A stretch of DNA of 64,000 bases from a virus. Taxonomy: Duplodnaviria > Caudoviricetes. Within the stretch, counting starts at the first letter, position 1; each line of letters opens with the position of its first letter. The notes under the pieces are model-generated. The model saw nothing but the letters and a program-made list of their open reading frames with translations. It was not told the origin of the DNA and did not search any database. Shown here piece by piece: positions 38,865 through 46,800 of the stretch. Position numbers and translations under genes: made by a program. The DNA lies in the IMG/VR virus record IMGVR_UViG_3300033485_000007, positions 1-64,000 of that record, one strand, 5' to 3'.

Positions 38865-38915
38865 GTTTCTCCCTGCTGACAACCTAAGCATGTGCTATCA
38901 GTCTACCGAGCGCAA
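38865..38915 (-). promoter_or_regulatory. element B copy 1: promoter TTGCGC-N17-CATGCT followed by TAGG(T/G)TGTCAG..GGGAGAAAC leader/SD
   Basis: Near-identical copies at 49295-49344 and 51186-51232. Confidence 0.8.
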
Positions 38916-38967
38916 TCTGAAAACGCAACAAGCGAGTCGGTAGTTCCACGGTCCGGACCGCTACTGT

Positions 38968-39471
38968 TCACTTGAGCAGCCCAAGAGACGCGTTGGTGAC
39001 CGCGAACTCACTGTTATACCTTAACGCTGCTGTATCGTAAGCACGCGCGGCAGATTCGATTATTGAGTAGAGACCTAGAAACTTTTGCTTCCCGTTGACC
39101 TTAATGTAAGCTCGCCATTTTTTCATTTGCTTATCCCAGCATACTCCCTTGAAACCGCTTGTGTTTTCCGGGCTTATACCGGAATTAGCGGCGTTTTGTC
39201 TTCGTGAGCACAGGCGCAAACTCGATTTCTGATTGTCGCGCGTATTGTGTTTGATGTGGTCAACGGACTCTCCGTCTTTGGCATTCATGACCTCCCGGTG
39301 CATGTAAATTCTACGCTTCTCACCTCCATCGGCTTTTTTCGAGTTCCTCACCGCGTAGTACGATTTTGTGGACGGACACCACTTCGAGTGCCACTTGTGA
39401 AGAATTAATTCATCATAATCCTCATCGTCAACAAGCGCTACTTGTCCTTGAGTCAACGGTATAGTTTTCAT
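38968..39471 (-). mobile_element. HNH-AP2 free-standing homing endonuclease, copy 2
   Basis: VDHIKHNTRDNQKSSLR plus AP2 domain; same 168-codon length as copy 1. Confidence 0.9.
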
Positions 39472-39479
39472 ATCGCGCG

Positions 39480-39548
39480 ATATTAGCACAGACCAGAGCG
39501 CAAGTCAATCAGGCGTGGTTTGACAGGTGGCATAGTTCGTGCTATACT
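39480..39548. promoter_or_regulatory. back-to-back divergent sigma70 promoters
   Basis: - strand TTGACT(39508-39503)-N17-TAATAT; + strand TTGACA(39520-39525)-N17-TATACT(39543-39548), ATG 6 nt later. Confidence 0.75.
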
Positions 39549-39554
39549 CCGACC

Positions 39555-39863
39555 ATGTTTATGAGCCCTGGCAAAATTGTCAAACGCGACGAGCTTAAGC
39601 GGCTCGCTGTTCTAAAGCGTCAAACCGGAGAAATCCTCCGCATCTCGCTCGACCGCGCAACCGATAGCGACGGTGAGGCGTTCCATTTTGTGTCTCTCCG
39701 ACCATGGCATCCGGTGGGTCCTGATCGCCACCAGCCAGCCTCGTTCACGATTGCAGTCCTCGCCGACGAGCTCCCGGCCATTCGTGACGCTATCACCGCC
39801 GCCATCGACCTTATTCCCGCCCACGAGACCGTCACCGAGCCGCCGCTCGAAAGCGCTTCCTGA
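39555..39863 (+). CDS. PC4/YdbC-like ssDNA-binding protein
   Basis: E.LRISL......FVSLR.W.........I......EL..I..AI pattern. Confidence 0.6.
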   Translation: MFMSPGKIVKRDELKRLAVLKRQTGEILRISLDRATDSDGEAFHFVSLRPWHPVGPDRHQPASFTIAVLADELPAIRDAITAAIDLIPAHETVTEPPLESAS

Positions 39864-40618
39864 TGCCACCCACAACCCGCAATGGTCTACTCTTCGACAT
39901 CGGCACCGTCGTGCACACGGCATACGATGATGAGGGCTGGCTCGGCGTACGAATCGACGGGTTTGGAGAAGAAGATGCAGGACTAGGTGATTCCGAGTTG
40001 CAGACACCTTTCGGTTTCACCTCGCGACCAGTAGATCAGACCGCAGAGGGCGGATGCGACGCAACCTACGCCCATGCTGGCAACTCGGAGTCGTTCGCTT
40101 GGTTCGGAACAGATCGTCGTTACTCCGCCAAGTGCCCGCCGCTTTACCAAGGCAGCTCAGCGCACTGGGCATCCGACGGCCAATTCCTCCTGCTTGACAC
40201 CGAAAAGCACACGACGACGCTGTACGTTCCGCGTGGAAATCTAGCTCACGTGGTCACAGTTGGCGAGGACGCGAATGCGCAGGCCGTTATCAATCTCCAG
40301 CACCAAAACGGGTCGTACGTCACAATCAACGATGACGGCGTTACCGTTCGCGGTATCGGCGACGGTTTTATAAACGTCAACGGCAGCAAGGTCGCGCTCA
40401 ACGGTGAGGTCACGACAACTGCATCGCTAACCGTTGGCGGGGTCGCTGGACTTCCCGTAGCGATGGCAATACCGCTAGCGACGGCGATTACGGCAGCTGC
40501 CGCGGCATTCTCGGGTGGTGGCGCGCCAGCAACGCAAACACAAGTGCAGGTTGCGTTGACGGCCATCGCGCTAGCTCTCAACACCGTGGCCAAGTCCCAA
40601 ATGCTGGCGACCGTCTAG
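39863..40618 (+). CDS. baseplate central spike (Mu gp45-like)
   Basis: Q.PFGFTSRP, D.R......L..G......DG, beta-repeat region. Confidence 0.8.
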   Translation: MPPTTRNGLLFDIGTVVHTAYDDEGWLGVRIDGFGEEDAGLGDSELQTPFGFTSRPVDQTAEGGCDATYAHAGNSESFAWFGTDRRYSAKCPPLYQGSSAHWASDGQFLLLDTEKHTTTLYVPRGNLAHVVTVGEDANAQAVINLQHQNGSYVTINDDGVTVRGIGDGFINVNGSKVALNGEVTTTASLTVGGVAGLPVAMAIPLATAITAAAAAFSGGGAPATQTQVQVALTAIALALNTVAKSQMLATV

Positions 40619-40619
40619 C

Positions 40620-40979
40620 ATGACGACCAAGTGCCAGTTCCCGCCGGTACCGATTCCTGGGCTAGTTCCGCCTGCGATACCGATACCGACGCTACCGACG
40701 ATTCCAGGCCCGCCGCCTGTCCCTGTGATTGGCGGTTTTCCGTTGCCTGGAGTTCCGTTGCCGACCATCCCCGGTCTCGTGCCGCCGTCGATACCAATCC
40801 CAGCTCTACCGACCATCCCGTCGCCTCCACCGGTACCAACCATTGGCGGCGTTGCTCTGCCAGGGGTTCCCTCGGTGTCAATCCCTGGATTGGTTACCCC
40901 AACGATACCAATCCCAGCTCTACCGACCATCCCCATCCCGACCGCCAACATCTGCCCGCTTGACGAGACCCCCCCATAA
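40620..40979 (+). CDS. Pro-rich repeat protein (2.5 x 38 aa), Cys at each end
   Basis: IPGLV(P/T)P.IPIP.LPTIP repeats 114 bp apart. Confidence 0.7.
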   Translation: MTTKCQFPPVPIPGLVPPAIPIPTLPTIPGPPPVPVIGGFPLPGVPLPTIPGLVPPSIPIPALPTIPSPPPVPTIGGVALPGVPSVSIPGLVTPTIPIPALPTIPIPTANICPLDETPP

Positions 40980-41692
40980 TGACGAATTCCGTTACATTTA
41001 CGCAAGGCTCGACGCCATCAGCGGCATCTTTCTCGTGCGCAGCTGGTGAGGATTTGACGATTACGATAACGATGCTGACGTCGGCTGGCGCGACTCGCGA
41101 TTGCTCCGGTGGTCACATGACGTTTTCGTTTGGCCGCACCGGTCACCCTAGCACGCCGATTACCGTCACTGTTGCTGGGCAGACGAATGGTGTCCACACC
41201 GTTTCGGTGCCATCGGCGTCCACCAGGCTGCTCGACGGTCAATACGCGTGTGATGCATGGTTCACTCCTGCCGTGGGTGCGCCCGAGCGTGCCACCCAAA
41301 ACTCTAGGCTAGAAATCACCCAGTCAATCGGCTCAGGCGACACGGAGCTAGAGGGGTGGTCTACCTGGACCGAGACCGACCAAAGCGCAGTGTCAGGCTC
41401 GTATCTTGACCTGCCACTACCGGATGAAGTTAACACATACGTATACGAAATGCAGCTCACGCTCAGGGGCGCCGTACATACCGGTTGGTATACGCGATTT
41501 CGAATGGTGGCCGGCGCTACGGTTGTGGCTGAAGCAACCGCCCCTGAATACGTCCGGACCGGTTCTCAATACTCGACGGCAACCTATACGATTGAAACAA
41601 TTGGTGGATTGAAGTACCTGCGGTTTACTCTCGGTGGCGTCACTGAGACGCTCACGACCAAGATTGTCCGCTACCGAACGAGGCGCATCTAA
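40979..41692 (+). CDS. putative virion protein (BppU-N/Ig-like N-domain)
   Basis: GEDLTITITM...D.SG..M.FS...G...V....T..L.G.Y..D.W pattern. Confidence 0.5.
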   Translation: MTNSVTFTQGSTPSAASFSCAAGEDLTITITMLTSAGATRDCSGGHMTFSFGRTGHPSTPITVTVAGQTNGVHTVSVPSASTRLLDGQYACDAWFTPAVGAPERATQNSRLEITQSIGSGDTELEGWSTWTETDQSAVSGSYLDLPLPDEVNTYVYEMQLTLRGAVHTGWYTRFRMVAGATVVAEATAPEYVRTGSQYSTATYTIETIGGLKYLRFTLGGVTETLTTKIVRYRTRRI

Positions 41693-42261
41693 TGGCAACA
41701 ATTTTCACGATAATCACCTTCATTCAGCTTAACCAAGCCGCAATCGTGGCGATTCAGCAGGCGGTATTCTTCGCGCTGTCGTCACTGTTCCAGATCCTGA
41801 AAATGCCCAGAACTAGCAAGTTTTTCGGTACGTTCGCTGTCGATGGCGGTCGATTGATTCGATGGGTTGGAGGACTCGGCATCGCGAGTAAGCCCAAGTC
41901 GTGGCTTGAGCTTGTCGCGAAGATGGCCAGTAAGCTCAAAGCAAACGCAGCGCTCCTACTGATTGCAATCGGGTTCGTTGCGTGCGTTGCGACAAAACCA
42001 GCCACGCCAACCACGGTCGAGATTGCCACAGCCGCCGTTAACCTAACCGACGAAGCGTTGGCTGTCGCTATCCAAGCCGACCCGACTCGCGAATGGTTGC
42101 CTGAAATTATCGCGGTCGAGCGAACCATGAATGCGATTCGATGTCGTGGCGACGTTTGCGACACGCTCCCTGCTCTGCAACTTGTGGCGACAACGACCCA
42201 ATGTGAAAAGTGCTTCGAACTCGTCGCCGCCGCAAAGGATGCCTTATCATGTCCGCAATAA
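41692..42261 (+). CDS. holin-like N-half with an embedded lipoprotein signal (spanin-like candidate)
   Basis: Hydrophobic N-terminus; internal MASKLKANAALLLIAIGFVAC from ATG 41923; Cys-rich C-terminus. Confidence 0.45.
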   Translation: MATIFTIITFIQLNQAAIVAIQQAVFFALSSLFQILKMPRTSKFFGTFAVDGGRLIRWVGGLGIASKPKSWLELVAKMASKLKANAALLLIAIGFVACVATKPATPTTVEIATAAVNLTDEALAVAIQADPTREWLPEIIAVERTMNAIRCRGDVCDTLPALQLVATTTQCEKCFELVAAAKDALSCPQ

Positions 42262-42425
42262 GCCACGTTACCGCCATTCTTCGCGCAATCGAAATCCTTG
42301 AGCCGCTCGTTACGCAAACGGTCGAATGGATCCAGGGTGGCGTGAAGCCCGAGTTCATGTCCACGCTGCCGCCCGTTGCGCGCTCGCGAATCGCATATAA
42401 CGCGACACGAGCCGGGCTCAAGTAG
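42249..42425 (+). CDS. small hypothetical protein (lysis region)
   Basis: 58 aa, amphipathic helix. Confidence 0.45.
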   Translation: MSAISHVTAILRAIEILEPLVTQTVEWIQGGVKPEFMSTLPPVARSRIAYNATRAGLK

Positions 42426-42509
42426 TGCCGTCTTACGATTTGGATATCGAAATATTACGCGAGCCGACTGACGTGTTTGCTCGCGTGTTTGCGGTTGGGT
42501 TGGGAATCA

Positions 42510-43112
42510 ATGACATATCGAGAACTGCCACCGAAGCTGACGCCGCTGAGCTATGCGGGAATAATCAATTCGATGCTCCTGGTCTGGGAGCAAACCGGAA
42601 CCAATCCAGAGCGTAAAACTTGCCGTTTAGCGGCCGCCCAGATTGCCATCGAATCCGGTCTTTCGTCTTGCCTAAACTACAACATATCAGGAATCAAGGC
42701 GCGACCTAATAACGGCAAGACTCACTGGCAGTATTTCAAGACCACCGAGCGATTTTCACCCGTACAGGTTGTCGCCGCGGAGAAGCTTGGACCCGGTTTG
42801 GTTGAGGTAATCGGTAACGATGGCGACAAGATCAAGGTGTGGATTAAGCCTAAGCATCCGTACTGTTGTTTCCGTGCGTTCGAGACCTTGAACGACGCAA
42901 TGCTCGATCATCTACTTACTCTCAAAAACAAATTCCCTAACGGATGGTTGGGTCTGCTAACCGGAGACGCTGGTAAGTTCGCTCACGGGCTGAAAATTGA
43001 CGGGTATTACACAGCAAAAGAGTCCGATTACGATTCTGGTCTGGAGTGGCGACTAAAGCAGGAGCTAGCCAGTGTTTCCGATGAGCACCTGGTTTGGGGA
43101 GACGTGATCTAA
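42510..43112 (+). CDS. endolysin, GH73 glucosaminidase-like
   Basis: AQIAIESG, YNISGIK, FRAF, GYYTA....Y motifs. Confidence 0.8.
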   Translation: MTYRELPPKLTPLSYAGIINSMLLVWEQTGTNPERKTCRLAAAQIAIESGLSSCLNYNISGIKARPNNGKTHWQYFKTTERFSPVQVVAAEKLGPGLVEVIGNDGDKIKVWIKPKHPYCCFRAFETLNDAMLDHLLTLKNKFPNGWLGLLTGDAGKFAHGLKIDGYYTAKESDYDSGLEWRLKQELASVSDEHLVWGDVI

Positions 43113-43462
43113 TGACCGACCCTATCGTTGAGCGCGAGACCGGGAAAGACCACGACGCGGCATTTCTGGCGCGTCTCTATCTCGAGGCCGACCGCGTATC
43201 GTCCCTATTGTCGGACGTCGTGCGACACTTAAAGGGCAAGGTGGACGGTCTGGGCGTCGATATCGCCCAGTCACAAGCGTTCGAAAAGAGGGCCGCGGAA
43301 GCGTTCAATTCGATAGCCGAAACTCAAAAAGAGCACGGCCTGTTCCTGCGAAAAATTGACGCTAACCAATCGCTTATCATCCGCGAGCTCAAACTCCAGG
43401 GTCAGCGCATCACCGAGCTTGAGCGCGACAGATTTCCACCCATGTTCCCGGCGGCTGAATAA
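43112..43462 (+). CDS. coiled-coil hypothetical protein
   Basis: TAATG coupling. Confidence 0.6.
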   Translation: MTDPIVERETGKDHDAAFLARLYLEADRVSSLLSDVVRHLKGKVDGLGVDIAQSQAFEKRAAEAFNSIAETQKEHGLFLRKIDANQSLIIRELKLQGQRITELERDRFPPMFPAAE

Positions 43463-43935
43463 TGTCTATCCGCGATACTCACCGAAGCCGGTCGTCGCCC
43501 AATCTCAATGTCCACCAAACGCTTCACGACTCAGACGCGCGTGACCTAGCGCAGCTCGCGTTTGACGGGGCGGTTGAGGCACAGGTTAGAGTACGCGAGA
43601 TTGAAAAGAAAGCGGAGTCAGCGGCAAAGGCGGCAGAGGAAAAGGCAAGTGCCGCGCTACTGAGCACCGCCGTCGTGCAGGGCCAATTTAAGACAATCAT
43701 AGCTCTATTGTCGGCTATTAGCGTACTCCTAATTGGGGTCGGCAGTTGGCTTATCCTTCGCGTTGACAGCCAGGCCGATCGCGCCCGTGAATCTGCCTCT
43801 GTCGCTGCCGTGCAGGCTGTGCAAGCGTCAGACAGGCGCTTCGACGCTCGGCTGGACCAGGTTGCTAGAGACGCAGCCAGAGAAGCGCTCAGGCTCCGTG
43901 ACGAGCAGACGATCGGAATGGTCGTGAAGCGGTAG
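43462..43935 (+). CDS. single-TM coiled-coil protein (lysis accessory/spanin-like candidate)
   Basis: TM IIALLSAISVLLIGVGSWLIL flanked by coiled coils. Confidence 0.55.
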   Translation: MSIRDTHRSRSSPNLNVHQTLHDSDARDLAQLAFDGAVEAQVRVREIEKKAESAAKAAEEKASAALLSTAVVQGQFKTIIALLSAISVLLIGVGSWLILRVDSQADRARESASVAAVQAVQASDRRFDARLDQVARDAAREALRLRDEQTIGMVVKR

Positions 43936-43951
43936 AGAAAATGTTGAACTT

Positions 43952-43989
43952 GCCCGGTGCACCTAAGGTGTTACCGGGCTTTTTCGTTT
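43952..43989 (+). terminator. intrinsic terminator between convergent operons
   Basis: GCCCGGT-N14-ACCGGGC-TTTTTCGTTT. Confidence 0.8.
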
Positions 43990-43991
43990 GC

Positions 43992-45326
43992 CTATCGTCC
44001 ATTAGCCAGAATAGACAACAAGACATATCGATCGTTCAGAGATTGGTCATCAGTAACAAGCTCGAGTAATTCTCGAAGCTTTATGCCAACAGCTGGTCCA
44101 GGTCCTATCTCAAGTGTGGACATGACATCCAGACCGGTGACAGCCAACTGAGTTGTTGTCGTCACAATTGGTGTATAGGCGCCCATTGATGCGATTCGTT
44201 CTGTTAGCCAGTCTAGGTAACCATTTGGCAGCCCAGGCGCACGCGATACGCCCTTCCCGACACAATCCGCCCTGGCTAACGAGATGATGTCCGAAACATT
44301 GTCGAGTCCGACCTTTCGAGCCCATCTACGAATTGAGGCAGGTGACTTGAGCTCGGGCACCAGATGGTAGCGCACCAAATGCACAATACGTTCTCGGTCT
44401 TCATTCGAGAATTTGAGTCTTCGTAGTATCGCGTCCGCTACATCGGCCCCGGTCTTTTCGTGATCATAAAATGTTGGCTCTCCTGTGACCGGATGCGTTC
44501 CCTTCGTATCGGGCTTAGCGACATCGTGAAGCATTGCCGCGAGTCGCAAGTGCTGCTCTTTAGGAGTTGCATCCGTTACGCGCATGGTATGATCCCAAAC
44601 ATCAAACTCGTGATACTTGTTCTGTTCACATCCGATCATTGGCAGCATCTCTGGCAATACTTGCGCGAGCATGTCCGATCCCAGAAGGATGCCAAGGAAA
44701 CGAGACGGGAGTGGGGAAAGCAATCCCTTAACAAGTTCCACCCGTACGCGTTCAGCGGCAACGCTTAATCGGCAACGCTCAATTGCCTCAAAAGTTTTTG
44801 AGCCGATACTAAACCCGAGTACCGCTGCAAATCTGACAGCTCGTAAGGCCCGCAATGTATCTTCGTTCAGCCTGGAATCTGCGTCGCCGACCGCATGTAC
44901 AACTTTGCGCGCAATGTCATCGACTCCGCCAAACGGATCAACAACCTCACCGCTCAAAGGGTCGTGGGCAATTGCATTGATTGTGAAGTCGCGACGACTT
45001 AGGTCAATCTTGATGCTATCTGAAAACTGTACGCTATCCGGTCGGCGTCCGTCGGAATAGTGGCCATCAACGCGGTAGGTTGTCACCTCGAAGCTTTCTC
45101 CGTCAAGGATGACCGTAACCGTGCCGTGATCTATCCCAGTATCAACGACTCTGGCGAACAGGTTAGCTACCTGCACTGGTAGAGCGTTCGTCGCTATATC
45201 CCAATCGTTCGGGGCGCGTCCGATAATAGAATCACGGATAGCGCCACCGACTAGGTACGCTTCGAATCCAGCGTTGTTTAGCACGCGGCAGATTGATATC
45301 GCGTTTTCTGTCGGGTGGATGTTCAC
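43992..45326 (-). CDS. cca: class II tRNA nucleotidyltransferase (CCA-adding type) with HD domain
   Basis: YLVGGAIRD..D.D, flexible loop Y.DGRRP, RRDFTINA, EDxxR (EDTLR), H....LHD; no poly(A)-polymerase signature seen. Confidence 0.9.
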   Translation of the reverse strand: MNIHPTENAISICRVLNNAGFEAYLVGGAIRDSIIGRAPNDWDIATNALPVQVANLFARVVDTGIDHGTVTVILDGESFEVTTYRVDGHYSDGRRPDSVQFSDSIKIDLSRRDFTINAIAHDPLSGEVVDPFGGVDDIARKVVHAVGDADSRLNEDTLRALRAVRFAAVLGFSIGSKTFEAIERCRLSVAAERVRVELVKGLLSPLPSRFLGILLGSDMLAQVLPEMLPMIGCEQNKYHEFDVWDHTMRVTDATPKEQHLRLAAMLHDVAKPDTKGTHPVTGEPTFYDHEKTGADVADAILRRLKFSNEDRERIVHLVRYHLVPELKSPASIRRWARKVGLDNVSDIISLARADCVGKGVSRAPGLPNGYLDWLTERIASMGAYTPIVTTTTQLAVTGLDVMSTLEIGPGPAVGIKLRELLELVTDDQSLNDRYVLLSILANGR

Positions 45327-46417
45327 GATATGGCCTCCGACATGATCTCAACGCAATCTCTGTCGATTGCTTCGATGTCTGGTGACTTTGGCAGGGCGCT
45401 TGTCTTCGCTGCTTCCTCGAGTTTCGAATCTTCCGCAGATGCCCAGTCACGAAGCTGTTCATACGTCCAAGCTCCGCCGCGTATTGCCAGTAGCTCATCA
45501 GCGTCTGGACGCTTAACGATTACCTTACCGGTCTCGAGAATCTCACGACACATACGGATTAGACGCACCAAATGCATCGCGTGCTTCGTGTCGTACCCGT
45601 GTTTTGCCTCTAGCTCGGCACGAGCAGGATTGCGGGTTGCTTTCCACGTTTGGTAATTGTTCCATTCGCGAAGTTTACCCGAGTAGCGCCTCTCCATATC
45701 GAGTAGATAAATGAAGTTATCGGAAAAACCAAGCGTTCGTGCTGCGCCTTGCCAGAGCTCGGAGTTGCTTGAAATCTCTAGTTCTGCTAGATGTGAGGAC
45801 ATTTTCTGAAGGATAGACTCACGAATGTCCCTCGGTAGGTCGTCGAGGAAGTTGGCGCTCCATGAATCCATCTTCTGGCGGATTGCTGACTCTGCCGCGG
45901 CAAGCTGATCGTGTGGGACGAGTGATCGCTCTGGTAATCCAAATTCAGTTCTGGACGGTTGTGCCAACGGTGGTGTTTTTATCCACCTGTAATGTGTGTC
46001 GATTCTCTTCAATTGAGAAGCCGCATAACCCGAAAACGTGTGCTTCACTCGACGAGTCAAGAACATTTGTCGCATAGCCAATAGCCGTTCGCCGTATTTG
46101 GAAACTTGTAGCCTATCCGATTCGTCAACAAACAGAATCTCGATAACGTTTGGGTTGCACTGTGACGCCAGGCTGACGAACTTCTTTAGGCAGAACACAG
46201 TCAAATCGGGCGCGTTGCATACCACCTGATCGAACCGATGCAGGCCACCTAGGTAGTATTCCCGAGGTGCAATCGCTACCCCGCGAACGTCATGGTCACT
46301 AGAAGGCAGAGCGGTGCCGTACGCGTGGCTTCCGTGGGTGCACAGGAAAATTGTTCGTTCTGGAATCCACTTCAGATTTCCAGAGTATTGTGACCAGTCA
46401 AATGTGTTTTGTTGCAT
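45323..46417 (-). CDS. rlaP: RlaP-like Pol-beta superfamily nucleotidyltransferase
   Basis: HGSHAYGT..SSD.DVRGV, NPN.IE.LF, GYDTKHAMHLVRL, L.AIR.G. Confidence 0.88.
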   Translation of the reverse strand: MQQNTFDWSQYSGNLKWIPERTIFLCTHGSHAYGTALPSSDHDVRGVAIAPREYYLGGLHRFDQVVCNAPDLTVFCLKKFVSLASQCNPNVIEILFVDESDRLQVSKYGERLLAMRQMFLTRRVKHTFSGYAASQLKRIDTHYRWIKTPPLAQPSRTEFGLPERSLVPHDQLAAAESAIRQKMDSWSANFLDDLPRDIRESILQKMSSHLAELEISSNSELWQGAARTLGFSDNFIYLLDMERRYSGKLREWNNYQTWKATRNPARAELEAKHGYDTKHAMHLVRLIRMCREILETGKVIVKRPDADELLAIRGGAWTYEQLRDWASAEDSKLEEAAKTSALPKSPDIEAIDRDCVEIMSEAIS

Positions 46418-46431
46418 TGTGTCTCAACTTA

Positions 46432-46800
46432 TCAAATACACGAAAACGGAATCCATCTGACCGTAAACCCTTTGCGCTCCAAAAACGCGCGCATACGGCA
46501 GGCCCCAACTGGGTTAACAGAATGAATATCAATCGTTTCTGGAAGCTTGGCGACGCGCTTCGGTTTCGCGAGCATCAACCCGCACGCATCGAGACCCGTG
46601 GCCTCTAGTCCCTGGTACAGTGACCGGCAATCGAAATCGTTCAGGTCATGGTCGAGTGACACGCCCTCGAACCGAGCGTACTTGTCGTTATCGAGCGCGT
46701 CTGTGAACTGGTCAATCGTATACACGTGCACCAGCTCACCAGGGTAGAGCGATTCGTAGTGGTCGTGTCGGAATTTGTTGTCGTCTAGGAAAAGTCTCAT
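46432..46800 (-). CDS. cyclic-phosphate-processing receiver (cREC) domain protein
   Basis: LFLDD, SLDHDL, TG.D, I.IHS.NP.G...M; ATGA-coupled start. Confidence 0.85.
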   Translation of the reverse strand: MRLFLDDNKFRHDHYESLYPGELVHVYTIDQFTDALDNDKYARFEGVSLDHDLNDFDCRSLYQGLEATGLDACGLMLAKPKRVAKLPETIDIHSVNPVGACRMRAFLERKGFTVRWIPFSCI

